In this document: positions 1 through 8,819 of the stretch, one piece after another
How the letters are laid out: each line of letters starts with the position of its first letter
Position numbering within the stretch: the first letter of the stretch is position 1
Sequence record: NC_041869.1
Origin: Escherichia phage APECc02
Direction: 5' to 3' (one strand)
Length of the DNA: 64,000 bases
Translations under genes and position numbers: made by a program
The notes under the pieces: generated by a model
Database searches by the model: none
The model's input: the letters and a program-made list of their open reading frames with translations, nothing else
Told to the model about the DNA's origin: nothing

Positions 1-501
1 GTGAAAATTAAGATCTTTGCTATTATTTTGAGCGCATTTTTATCGCTGCCTGTTGTTGCAGCACCAAAACAAAAAGTATATCATACTTGCAAGCCCTCAG
101 ATACTAAGGAAAACATTCTGGCATGCAATATCTACAGGGAGGCTAGAGGGGATGGCACGATGGGTATGCTGGCATCAGGATTTGCCACACTAAACAGGAA
201 ATCTCACCCCAAATACCCAGACACTATAAGAAAGATTGTCTACCAACCTAACCAGTTTTCGTGGACAAACCACGGCAAAACTTTTAAGGTGACAGAAAAA
301 GATTCATGGGATCACGCTAAAAGTCTTGCAAAGATGCTTCTAAAGGTCTATAATAACAACCATGTTGCATACATGGCTATGGACATAACAGGTGGAGCAA
401 CACACTACCATACAACCAAAGTACGACCGAAATGGGCAAAAAAGATGCAGAGGACAGCTCAATTCGGGAGCCATATCTACTACAAGGAGCGCAATAAATG
501 A
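1..501 (+). CDS. SleB-like cell-wall hydrolase with signal peptide
   Basis: GTG-initiated ORF at window edge (could extend upstream); N-terminal hydrophobic signal peptide MKIKIFAIILSAFLSLPVVAAP; motifs NIYREARG, LNRKSHPKYPDTI, QPNQFSW typical of SleB/Hydrolase_2; stop overlaps next ATG. Confidence 0.6.
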   Translation: MKIKIFAIILSAFLSLPVVAAPKQKVYHTCKPSDTKENILACNIYREARGDGTMGMLASGFATLNRKSHPKYPDTIRKIVYQPNQFSWTNHGKTFKVTEKDSWDHAKSLAKMLLKVYNNNHVAYMAMDITGGATHYHTTKVRPKWAKKMQRTAQFGSHIYYKERNK

Positions 502-2480
502 TCGTAAACAGTAATGAAACTAAAGCGGTACTAACCGGGAATATGGAGGTCACCAGGGGCTCAATTTCTCTGAACAAAGAGACTTTTGGGCTAATCATTA
601 AAGGGATTTACGAAGATAAGGTGCTGGCAAGCTGCCGTGAACCAATCTTCAATGCCGTGGACTCCCATGTTGAGTCTGGACGGGGTGATGTACCGATCAT
701 TATTCACTCTCCTACAGACCTTGAACCATACTTCTTTGTGCAGGACGTTGGATTGGGCATGTCAGAAGAGATGGTCCGCAACACTTTCATGAACCTCGGG
801 GAGTCAACCAAGCGCAACAGCAACGCTCTGGTAGGTAATAAAGGTGTTGGTTCAAAGGCTCCGTTCAGCATGGTGGACACTTTCGATGTTATCAGTGTGC
901 ACAATGGTGTTGAAAGCACATATCTATTGTTCTTGGATCAGGGTATCCCAAACGTTACCAAGATCCGCGAGCGGAAGACTGAAGAGCACAACGGGGTAAA
1001 AGTTCAGTTCCATGTTAAGAAAGAGCATGTCCTGAAATATCGCACTGCTATTGCATCGTGCTTACGCTATGCGAAGTTTCCGTTCATCGTCACCGATCCT
1101 ATGACCAGTAAGATGTTAGAAGGTGACAAGGTTGAGGCACAGTATCATTACGAGAAGGATGGCTGGAAAATGACCATCCTGAAAGGTTATACCAGTTCTG
1201 ATGAGAGCCGTGTTGTGATGGGTCACCAACCTTACCGCTCCAAGTTCCTGGAGACATTGACCGATTACCCTGCAATCTGCGTGGAAATTCCTATTGGGGA
1301 TTGCAATATTAACCCTGGGCGTGAATGGACCATAGAGGGCCATGACGACGGTGGATTCCAGGATCGCCTGGAGGCCTTTGTCAAAGAAGGTATACGTCTT
1401 CGCGGGGCAGAAGTTATTGCAGAACTGGAGACGGCAAAAACCTCCGCAGAAGCACGTGAAATGATGAAGAATAGTGGAGTGTTCGGACACATCTTCGGCA
1501 AAAACTTTATGTGGAACCGTTGGGAAGAAACAGGGCTTGGCGACTTAGGCGATTGTGAAATTTTCGCTGGCGGCTTAAATAAAGGCCGCATAGGCTATGC
1601 TCGTTACGGAAAGTCGGAGTTCTTACGAGGTGTATACCTTGTATTTAACGACGGAGATGGTAAATATAACCGAAATAAGTGTAACTACTTAAGCGAAATC
1701 ACCGGACGCAACGTTTTCTATTGCCGGAACACGGATCTGGTGAAAGAGTTTAAAGAGGCGGCACACCATCCGTTCTTTGCAGATACTGTCAAATTGTTAT
1801 CAGAGCTCCCTCGCCGACCTGCGAAGAAAGGTGAAACAAAAACTCATTACGAGCCAGGTTATTGGGTTAAAAAGCTTGAGAAGGATGGTTACTTCCGTCG
1901 TGAACGTATTACTAAGGCAGAGTTCAAGAAGATTAAGCACTGCATTCCTTATGAGGGTGATATCCAACGTGGAAGTTGTTGGCTGGGACAGCTGAGTAAC
2001 ATCTACCAGCAAAATTATGACCGTGTGCGTGCTGCACTCCAGATTCCTGAAGGTGAAGATCTGTACTTGGTATCAGAATCTCGTCTGCTTTGGACTGATC
2101 CTGATTGCCAGTATGTTACAGAGAAGAATGTGGAACATTTGTTGAAAGAGGATGCTTGGAAATTCTTACTGACTCGCGCAGCAAATGAAACTTCATATGA
2201 CAGCTTGTATAGACAATTAGGGAAAATTATCCCCATGCAGGATTTTGGAAATTATCGGCCACATTTCCACAAGTGGGAAGGTAACACCGCGTGGAAGCAC
2301 AGTGAGCTAAATCATCGTGCCAAAATCTTAATCGCCAACCGGGTTAAGTGCGGGAAGGCCTATATTGCAAGATTGGAAAAGAAATATCCACTTTTGAAGC
2401 ATGTGGGCTTGAAATATTGGGACACCCCTGCTATGATTGAATACCGTGAGCTGATCGATACAAAGAATAACATCAAATAA
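498..2480 (+). CDS. GHKL-family ATPase (MORC/Hsp90-like Bergerat fold), 660 aa
   Basis: N-box EPIFNAVDS, G1-box DVGLGM, G2-box GNKGVGSKAPFS in the first 150 residues; RBS AAGGAG upstream; remainder of protein unassigned. Confidence 0.6.
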   Translation: MIVNSNETKAVLTGNMEVTRGSISLNKETFGLIIKGIYEDKVLASCREPIFNAVDSHVESGRGDVPIIIHSPTDLEPYFFVQDVGLGMSEEMVRNTFMNLGESTKRNSNALVGNKGVGSKAPFSMVDTFDVISVHNGVESTYLLFLDQGIPNVTKIRERKTEEHNGVKVQFHVKKEHVLKYRTAIASCLRYAKFPFIVTDPMTSKMLEGDKVEAQYHYEKDGWKMTILKGYTSSDESRVVMGHQPYRSKFLETLTDYPAICVEIPIGDCNINPGREWTIEGHDDGGFQDRLEAFVKEGIRLRGAEVIAELETAKTSAEAREMMKNSGVFGHIFGKNFMWNRWEETGLGDLGDCEIFAGGLNKGRIGYARYGKSEFLRGVYLVFNDGDGKYNRNKCNYLSEITGRNVFYCRNTDLVKEFKEAAHHPFFADTVKLLSELPRRPAKKGETKTHYEPGYWVKKLEKDGYFRRERITKAEFKKIKHCIPYEGDIQRGSCWLGQLSNIYQQNYDRVRAALQIPEGEDLYLVSESRLLWTDPDCQYVTEKNVEHLLKEDAWKFLLTRAANETSYDSLYRQLGKIIPMQDFGNYRPHFHKWEGNTAWKHSELNHRAKILIANRVKCGKAYIARLEKKYPLLKHVGLKYWDTPAMIEYRELIDTKNNIK

Positions 2481-2490
2481 GGAGACCAAG

Positions 2491-3699
2491 ATGATTTTCA
2501 TCTACGAACATTTCAAAACCCGTAAAGAAGCACGAGACCGCCGTGCAGAACTTGAGAAGAAGGGTTTCACATGTGCCATTGAGAAAGGCGACACAACCTG
2601 GACACTGGCAGTTGGTGCCCCAGAGTTGTTCGATCCTGACCGTGACAGCGTCTGCTACACCCGTGAGGATTTTGAAACCCGCGAAGAGGCCCGTTTATTT
2701 CGATACGGTCTGGAAGATAACGGTAAGTACGCTATGATCTTAGATTTAGGCGAAGGTTCCGTTAAACGTTGGGGCGTGGTATACCCACTGTGTGTTGTTC
2801 ACGGTGTGGGGTTCACTGGAGTAGCAATCAAGTCAGAAGAACCTTTAGTAGAAGTCAAAGATCCGGTGCTGGAAGTGGTGAGTAGTGTGTCTCAGCAACA
2901 GACTCGAAGCATCGAACCTTTGGTAGTTATTTGCGGGGAACTCCTCCAGATCACCTGCAACGAAGGCATTTTTGAAATTCGCCGCAGCGAAAGTGAGGAA
3001 GTTTACCAGAAAGTCTTCGACCATATCTCTGTTCAGGAATATGATGAGGCAATTGGTGAAATCCTTGTCTGGCTGGAACGCAAGAATGAGTTCACCACAC
3101 TTGCAGACAACCTGATCATGAAAGATGGTAAGCTCTACTACTACGGTGTAGAGATGCGATCCACCATTGCAAAGAAAATTGAGAAAGATTATGCAGACGG
3201 AACACTGGATGACCGCTATGTGAAATTCCTCGTTCGCCTGCTACGCAATCCTTCTGCAAAATCTGTAAACATGCTCTACGACTTTATGCAGGCCAACGAT
3301 ATCCAGATTGCAGAAGATGGTCGAATCATTTGCTACAAAGGGGTTCAGTTTAACGGCAGCAAGTGGGTGGATTGGCACAGTGGTAAAGTCCCACAATACC
3401 AAGGTGCTTTTGTATCCATGCCTCGTAACTTTGTAGAGGATGATCCTGAAGCTGCGTGCTCCTATGGCTTACACTGCGCCAGCAAAGAGTATGCAAAGAG
3501 CTACGGCACTGTAATGACTGTTATGGTTGACCCTGCAGATGTGGTTAGTGTGCCATACCAACACAATAGCGCTAAGTGCCGTGCATGCCGCTATGAGATT
3601 GTGGTAGCTCCTCCGGAAGCACGCAAAGATGGAGACCCTATTGAATATGTAGTTGATCGTGACGGTAACACTATCGACATTCTTTACGAGGAGGCGTAA
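2491..3699 (+). CDS. hypothetical protein, 402 aa; two N-terminal SPOR/RRM-like repeats and Cys/His-rich C-terminus (tentative)
   Basis: ATG 11 nt after GHKL gene with AAGGAGA RBS; internal duplication of F.TR.EAR...L...G...W motif; C-terminal CSYGLHCASKEY and KCRACRY; function not assignable. Confidence 0.55.
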   Translation: MIFIYEHFKTRKEARDRRAELEKKGFTCAIEKGDTTWTLAVGAPELFDPDRDSVCYTREDFETREEARLFRYGLEDNGKYAMILDLGEGSVKRWGVVYPLCVVHGVGFTGVAIKSEEPLVEVKDPVLEVVSSVSQQQTRSIEPLVVICGELLQITCNEGIFEIRRSESEEVYQKVFDHISVQEYDEAIGEILVWLERKNEFTTLADNLIMKDGKLYYYGVEMRSTIAKKIEKDYADGTLDDRYVKFLVRLLRNPSAKSVNMLYDFMQANDIQIAEDGRIICYKGVQFNGSKWVDWHSGKVPQYQGAFVSMPRNFVEDDPEAACSYGLHCASKEYAKSYGTVMTVMVDPADVVSVPYQHNSAKCRACRYEIVVAPPEARKDGDPIEYVVDRDGNTIDILYEEA

Positions 3700-5069
3700 T
3701 GGAAAAAGGGCAGTATGATGTAGGCACAGATGCTGCCCTCGTTGCAATCATGAGTGGTGAGAATGTCTTCGTTTCAGGACCCGCAGGTTGTGGGAAGACG
3801 TACCTCATCAACATGATCCAGTCAATGTATGGAGACTCTTGCATAACGGTTGCCCCGACAGGGGTAGCCGCTTTAAACGTTAATGGAGCAACAGCACACC
3901 GAACCTTCGATCTTGCAGCAGGTGTGAGCATGGAGTCAGACTGGACCGCAATAAGGGCAAAAACAGCAAAGCCTTTGAAAAGCAAGGCATTTACCATCCT
4001 AATTATCGATGAAATCTCTATGATCCGTGCTGATAAGTTTATAGAGATGGATAGGAAACTCCGCTTCCTTCGAAAAAATGACAAACCTTTCGGAGGCATA
4101 CAGGTCATATTGTTTGGCGATTTTTACCAGGCCCCTCCTGTTGTCTCTTCTATGGAGAAGGAGGCCTATTTCAACTTCTACCATACGGACCTGTGTTGCT
4201 ATACCGAATCTTGGAAAGAGCTTGACCTCCACAACATAGCCCTAATAGATCAGTTCCGACAGGAGTCTATTCGATTTGCCACAATGCTCAACTGTGTTCG
4301 TGAGGGTCGTCGCATAAAAGAGGTTGTAGCAGAACTTAATGCTCGCTGTTACAAAGGAGGTGTACCAACAGACGCTCTCACAATTTGCGCCACCAACAAA
4401 CAAGCAGAGGAAGTGAACAGAAGGTTCTATGATGCCATCAACGCCCCAGAGAAGGTATACACTGGTGAAATGAAGGGTAAGTTTCCCTCCACCTTGCCAG
4501 TTGAGCAGGAGATGAAGTTGAAAATTGGCATGAAAGTTATGATAACCGCCAACGATGTTGACCCGACGCACAAAGTACCTTATTATGTTAACGGAACACG
4601 TGCCACAATTGTTAAATTTAAGAACAAGGCAGTGGTGGTAGAGCTTGAAGATGGAACACAGGTTGACATAGAGCAAAGGTTGTGGGAGAATAACGAGTAT
4701 AAGCCATCTCAGAGATACAACATTGCAGAAAGGAAGATGGAGAAGTTTATAGAGAGGGTAGTGATTGGGTCATACAGGCAACTTCCTCTGAAATCTGGGT
4801 ATGCCGTAACATCTCATAAAAGTCAAGGACTTACGCTAGATTGTTACAACCTGGACCTTGGAAAGAACGGAGCTTTCTCTCCTGGGATGACGTATGTTGC
4901 TTTGAGTCGGGTTAAGACAATACAAGGAATAAACTTGTTGCGTCCACTAAGAGAAGTTGACATTATTGTTGACCCGCGAGTCGTAGAGTTTTACAATACA
5001 ACATTCCCTGACTTAGACAAAATTGTCAGGAAAGATTTTGAAACCAGAGCCGAAGAGGGGGACGTATGA
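3699..5069 (+). CDS. SF1B DNA helicase, Dda/Pif1/RecD-like
   Basis: Walker A GPAGCGKT near N-terminus, C-terminal VTSHKSQGLTLD motif, size and motif order as T4 Dda; start overlaps upstream stop (TAATG). Confidence 0.75.
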   Translation: MEKGQYDVGTDAALVAIMSGENVFVSGPAGCGKTYLINMIQSMYGDSCITVAPTGVAALNVNGATAHRTFDLAAGVSMESDWTAIRAKTAKPLKSKAFTILIIDEISMIRADKFIEMDRKLRFLRKNDKPFGGIQVILFGDFYQAPPVVSSMEKEAYFNFYHTDLCCYTESWKELDLHNIALIDQFRQESIRFATMLNCVREGRRIKEVVAELNARCYKGGVPTDALTICATNKQAEEVNRRFYDAINAPEKVYTGEMKGKFPSTLPVEQEMKLKIGMKVMITANDVDPTHKVPYYVNGTRATIVKFKNKAVVVELEDGTQVDIEQRLWENNEYKPSQRYNIAERKMEKFIERVVIGSYRQLPLKSGYAVTSHKSQGLTLDCYNLDLGKNGAFSPGMTYVALSRVKTIQGINLLRPLREVDIIVDPRVVEFYNTTFPDLDKIVRKDFETRAEEGDV

Positions 5070-5407
5070 GTTTGTGGAGAAATATAGTTAACTACGTGTG
5101 TGGCAATCCAACTCCTGAAGAGAAGGATGTTGTGATTCACGATTTTACTAAAAGATCCCGTGAAAAAGATCTACTGTTAACAAAGGTGACTGATAAAGAC
5201 CCTGCAGTAGGGGACTGGGCAGGTTTTGCGTTTACATCGGACAAATACACCTTTAACAAAGGTGACTACCTTGTTGTGGATTTTAACGAAGACATTGAGG
5301 GTGCTGAACCTTACTATCAGACCCTTATTGTTGCAGGGTGTGTTAATCTATCTGCAGGCATGCACAGTTTGATTCTTTTTGAGCTTGACTCTGAAGACCT
5401 TGAGTAG
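5066..5407 (+). CDS. hypothetical protein
   Basis: 113-aa ORF, ATGA overlap with helicase stop; no recognisable motif. Confidence 0.5.
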   Translation: MSLWRNIVNYVCGNPTPEEKDVVIHDFTKRSREKDLLLTKVTDKDPAVGDWAGFAFTSDKYTFNKGDYLVVDFNEDIEGAEPYYQTLIVAGCVNLSAGMHSLILFELDSEDLE

Positions 5408-5413
5408 TAAGAT
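5385..5413 (+). promoter_or_regulatory. putative sigma70-like promoter TTGACT-N17-TAAGAT
   Basis: -35 TTGACT at 5385-5390 inside end of upstream ORF, 17-nt spacer, weak -10; would drive MTase gene. Confidence 0.3.
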
Positions 5414-5424
5414 GTGAGTATAAA

Positions 5425-5441
5425 GGGGAGGCCTCCTCCCC
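5425..5441 (+). promoter_or_regulatory. 5' UTR stem-loop GGGGAGG/CCTCCCC
   Basis: 7-bp GC stem with 3-nt loop followed by CA-rich leader and SD AAGGAGA before ATG 5469; same architecture as the early-gene leaders downstream. Confidence 0.4.
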
Positions 5442-5468
5442 ACAAAAAACTAAGGAGAGCACCAAACG

Positions 5469-6794
5469 ATGAGCAAAACCAAATTAGAACTTACCTGGAT
5501 AGGTAAAAACGAGCGCAAAAAGTTAGAGCCACACATTTTGTTAGAAGATTCTAGCAAATCTTACCACAGCCAGAAAGTGACCGAAAACGATATTTTTGAT
5601 AATAAACTGATTTTTGGAGATAACTTATTAGCATTGAAGGCGCTAGAGCAAGAGTATGCAGGCAAAGTGAAGTGTGTTTACATAGACCCACCATTCAATA
5701 CCGGGAGGGCTTTTGAGCATTACGATGATAGCCTGGAGCATTCCATTTGGCTGGGCTTAATGAGGGATAGGTTAGAAATAATTCGTAATCTTCTAAGTGA
5801 TGATGGGGTAATATTCGTTCACTTAGATGATTGCGAAATGGCGTATTTAAAAGTTTTGATGGACGAGATTTTTGGTCGTGCAAATCAGTTAAATACTATA
5901 TCGATGACCACAAATTCCCCTTCGGGATTTAAGGCAACAGGAGCCACAGTTTTCTCCACAGCAAACTTTTTGCTTGTATATGCAAAAGATCGCACCCAGA
6001 AACCGCTTAACAAAATCTATATACCTAAAGGGTATGATACAGGATATAACAAATACCTATTAAACCCGGATGACCATTATAAAAATTGGACGTGGTGCGG
6101 TATTGCCGATGCGTTTGCAAAGGCCAATGGCTATAAAGATGCAAAAGAAGCCAAGAAAAAACTGCCTGATACATTCGATGATGAATTAGCACAATTCGCA
6201 ATTGATAATGCAGAACGTGTATTTCAATCTGTTGCAATTGGTGGTGGTGCTAAAATAAAGAGAAAAGAAACTATCGAGAAGTCAAAGAAAGATAGGGATA
6301 AGGTTTATGTACATCCAAATGAGGATGTTGAAGGATTTTATATCGCAAATGGTAGGCAAATGGTCTTTTACTCCAATAGGCTTTTGGAAATTGACGGTGA
6401 GATGCAACCTGCGGAACTAATAACTGATGTTTGGACAGACATTAGTTGGAATGGAATAGCAAATGAAGGCGGCGTTAGTTTCAAAAATGGGAAAAAACCA
6501 GAAGCGCTTTTGAAGCGGATTTTCGAAATGTGCACGCGAGAAGGCGATTTGGTATTGGATTCATTCGGTGGTTCGGGAACTACTGCTGCTGTAGCTCATA
6601 AGATGAAAAGACGCTGGATCTCAATCGAGCTAGGTGATCATTGTCATACCCATATTATTCCGCGCTTGGAAAAAGTGATCGATGGCGAAGATCAAGGTGG
6701 TATTTCTAAGTCTGTAAACTGGCAAGGTGGTGGTGGCTTCCGTTATTACAAACTTGCCCCGGCCTTAGTTGCGAAAGATAAGTCTGATCAATAA
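5469..6794 (+). CDS. DNA methyltransferase, beta-class amino-MTase (N6-adenine or N4-cytosine)
   Basis: motif IV DPPFNTG precedes motif I DSFGGSGTT (circular permutation typical of beta class / Mod-like MTases). Confidence 0.75.
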   Translation: MSKTKLELTWIGKNERKKLEPHILLEDSSKSYHSQKVTENDIFDNKLIFGDNLLALKALEQEYAGKVKCVYIDPPFNTGRAFEHYDDSLEHSIWLGLMRDRLEIIRNLLSDDGVIFVHLDDCEMAYLKVLMDEIFGRANQLNTISMTTNSPSGFKATGATVFSTANFLLVYAKDRTQKPLNKIYIPKGYDTGYNKYLLNPDDHYKNWTWCGIADAFAKANGYKDAKEAKKKLPDTFDDELAQFAIDNAERVFQSVAIGGGAKIKRKETIEKSKKDRDKVYVHPNEDVEGFYIANGRQMVFYSNRLLEIDGEMQPAELITDVWTDISWNGIANEGGVSFKNGKKPEALLKRIFEMCTREGDLVLDSFGGSGTTAAVAHKMKRRWISIELGDHCHTHIIPRLEKVIDGEDQGGISKSVNWQGGGGFRYYKLAPALVAKDKSDQ

Positions 6795-6807
6795 AGAGTA
6801 CAATCAA

Positions 6808-7113
6808 ATGATGAAACGTTATAAACCATACACTTTTGAAATCGATTTTGAACTTGACGATATGTTCACTGTGGAAGCTCAGGCAGTTGTCCAGTTGCCA
6901 GACCCAGAGTGTCGTGATTCTGATGTTGACTATTATGGATTTAGACAGATCACTGATGTGCATGTTTACCACAACGGTGAAGAGGTGGACTTCCACAAAC
7001 TGCCAAACGATATGCGCCACTCAATTTACAAACGTGCAGCCCGTGAACTAGAGTCCTATCTTGATGCAGCGACGACAGCAGCTGCATTTGCCGAAGAAGT
7101 GGGAGGTTTCTGA
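6808..7113 (+). CDS. hypothetical protein
   Basis: ORF track 6769..7113; start moved to first ATG after MTase stop (in frame). Confidence 0.45.
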   Translation: MMKRYKPYTFEIDFELDDMFTVEAQAVVQLPDPECRDSDVDYYGFRQITDVHVYHNGEEVDFHKLPNDMRHSIYKRAARELESYLDAATTAAAFAEEVGGF

Positions 7114-7508
7114 TGATTACAGATGTGAAGATTGTCCAATACCACTTAACCAAGTTGGAAGATGCTGAGAAAGAGCTTGCAGAAGTTCTGAATAGTGGAT
7201 ATACTTTGCTATCATGCGCCTGCTCAGACACCTACGCTGTGTGGACACTTATCAGGAAGGAAGAGCCTGCAGGGATCTTGGTGCCAAACCCTAAGATTAT
7301 TAGTGAGGTGGATGACTACCCCCAGGACGGCCTGCCAGAAGGCTGGGAAGTATGGGAAGGTGGTGAAAACCCTGCACCAGGTAAGTGGGTAAAATACAAA
7401 CTACGTAGTGGTGCACAGTACGCTGACTACTCTGATGACCTAGACTGGAGTCATTCTTCACCAGGATCATCTGCAAGTTCATATGATATCGTTGCTTTTC
7501 AGGAATAA
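7113..7508 (+). CDS. hypothetical protein
   Basis: 131-aa ORF, GGGAGG RBS, ATGA overlap with upstream stop. Confidence 0.5.
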   Translation: MITDVKIVQYHLTKLEDAEKELAEVLNSGYTLLSCACSDTYAVWTLIRKEEPAGILVPNPKIISEVDDYPQDGLPEGWEVWEGGENPAPGKWVKYKLRSGAQYADYSDDLDWSHSSPGSSASSYDIVAFQE

Positions 7509-7520
7509 GGAGAGGGTGTT

Positions 7521-8003
7521 ATGTCAGATTTTATGTGGAAAGTAGGCTATGCCACTCCTGAAATGTGCGAGGCTTGCTTTGTGAAAATAGGCCGCGAGGA
7601 TATCGACAAAGTGATCCTTAAGTTTCGTGATGTGGCTGTGATCGGCAACCGAGTGCTTAAGCACTTAAAGAATCTGAAGCTCACCAAAAAGAAGTTCTTC
7701 GGGCTTTTCGAAGAGAAAGTTGATGCTTGGACCCATTGCATTCAGGAAGCTAAATCTCACTACAGTGCTATCGTTACTCCAGAACGGGTAGCTAAGATGG
7801 AAGGATTCATTAACAGCACAGAATTTGAGTGTCTGAAAGCTGCACTCGATAGTTATCCGAAATGCCTTAAGCACTTGGACAAGTATGCAGAAAAGGATGG
7901 GGAAATGTATCTAACCCTGGACGCATATTATGAGATGCAAGAAATTTTAAATTTAGATTTGACATTGGTATCCACCGAGTATACAATAGGTATCCGGGTT
8001 TAA
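7521..8003 (+). CDS. hypothetical protein
   Basis: 160-aa ORF with GGAGAGGG RBS; followed by terminator. Confidence 0.5.
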   Translation: MSDFMWKVGYATPEMCEACFVKIGREDIDKVILKFRDVAVIGNRVLKHLKNLKLTKKKFFGLFEEKVDAWTHCIQEAKSHYSAIVTPERVAKMEGFINSTEFECLKAALDSYPKCLKHLDKYAEKDGEMYLTLDAYYEMQEILNLDLTLVSTEYTIGIRV

Positions 8004-8010
8004 CACTAGG

Positions 8011-8036
8011 CCCTGCCCGAAAGGGTGGGGCTTTTT
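8011..8036 (+). terminator. rho-independent terminator
   Basis: hairpin CCCTGCCC-GAAA-GGGTGGGG followed by CTTTTT; near-identical copy at 19032. Confidence 0.65.
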
Positions 8037-8054
8037 GCATTAGGAGACAGCAAA

Positions 8055-8819
8055 TTGAAATTTATCTACAAAGAACACTACCACAAAGGTGTTGTGTGGA
8101 GTCTATTTGACGGGTCTGGTGGTGCAGTCATTGACTGGGCAAAAGCTGGGTACCTGTGCCTGTGCTTTAATGCAGAAGGCGCTGATCACGGCAGTTATGC
8201 AGAGGTGATCACCGATCATCCCAACATTCACTATGTGGACTATTGGATTGACCCGTGGTTCCCTCAGGAAACTTTTTGCATGTATCCGGCTCCAGATTTT
8301 ATTCTTGCATTTCCTCCGTGCACGCATTTAGCGGTATCAGGTGCTGCACATTTTAAGAAAAAACTGGCTAAGGACCCCATGATCCAAATTAATGCTGTAA
8401 AGGATGCTCGGGTTGCGGAAGAGCTGGGAGAGATTTACGATTGCCCGTGGCATGTAGAGAATCCTGTGGGTGTTATGTCCACACTGTGGCGCAAACCTGA
8501 TTACCGTTTTCACCCTTCGGATTATGGCGGGTATTTACCGGAAGATGATGTAAACCCATGGTTTCCTGAATTTATAGCTCCACGTGATGCCTATCCAAAA
8601 ATAACTTGCGGCTGGATAGGTAATGGATTTATAATCCCAGCCACAAAACCTGTCCCGCAAATAGTTGACGCGGTTAGCGGGTATTCCATGCAACACGCCA
8701 AGCTGGGTGGGAAGAGTGCAAGAACGAAGATGATCCGAAGCCTCACACCACGTGGCTGGGCAAAAGCTGTATTCTTAGCAAACGAGCCTGTAGTAAGGAG
8801 CAGAATTAATGGGAAGTAA
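8055..8819 (+). CDS. DNA (cytosine-5) methyltransferase
   Basis: motif I LFDGSGG, PC motif FPPCTHLAVSG, ENV motif HVENPVG; likely TTG start at 8055 after GGAGA (track start 8025 is a GTG inside the terminator hairpin). Confidence 0.6.
   Translation: MKFIYKEHYHKGVVWSLFDGSGGAVIDWAKAGYLCLCFNAEGADHGSYAEVITDHPNIHYVDYWIDPWFPQETFCMYPAPDFILAFPPCTHLAVSGAAHFKKKLAKDPMIQINAVKDARVAEELGEIYDCPWHVENPVGVMSTLWRKPDYRFHPSDYGGYLPEDDVNPWFPEFIAPRDAYPKITCGWIGNGFIIPATKPVPQIVDAVSGYSMQHAKLGGKSARTKMIRSLTPRGWAKAVFLANEPVVRSRINGK

Noticed and set aside
8025-8054. GTG start at 8025 for the C5-MTase
   Set aside because: That GTG lies inside the terminator hairpin of the upstream gene. TTG at 8055 follows a GGAGA RBS and immediately precedes motif I.
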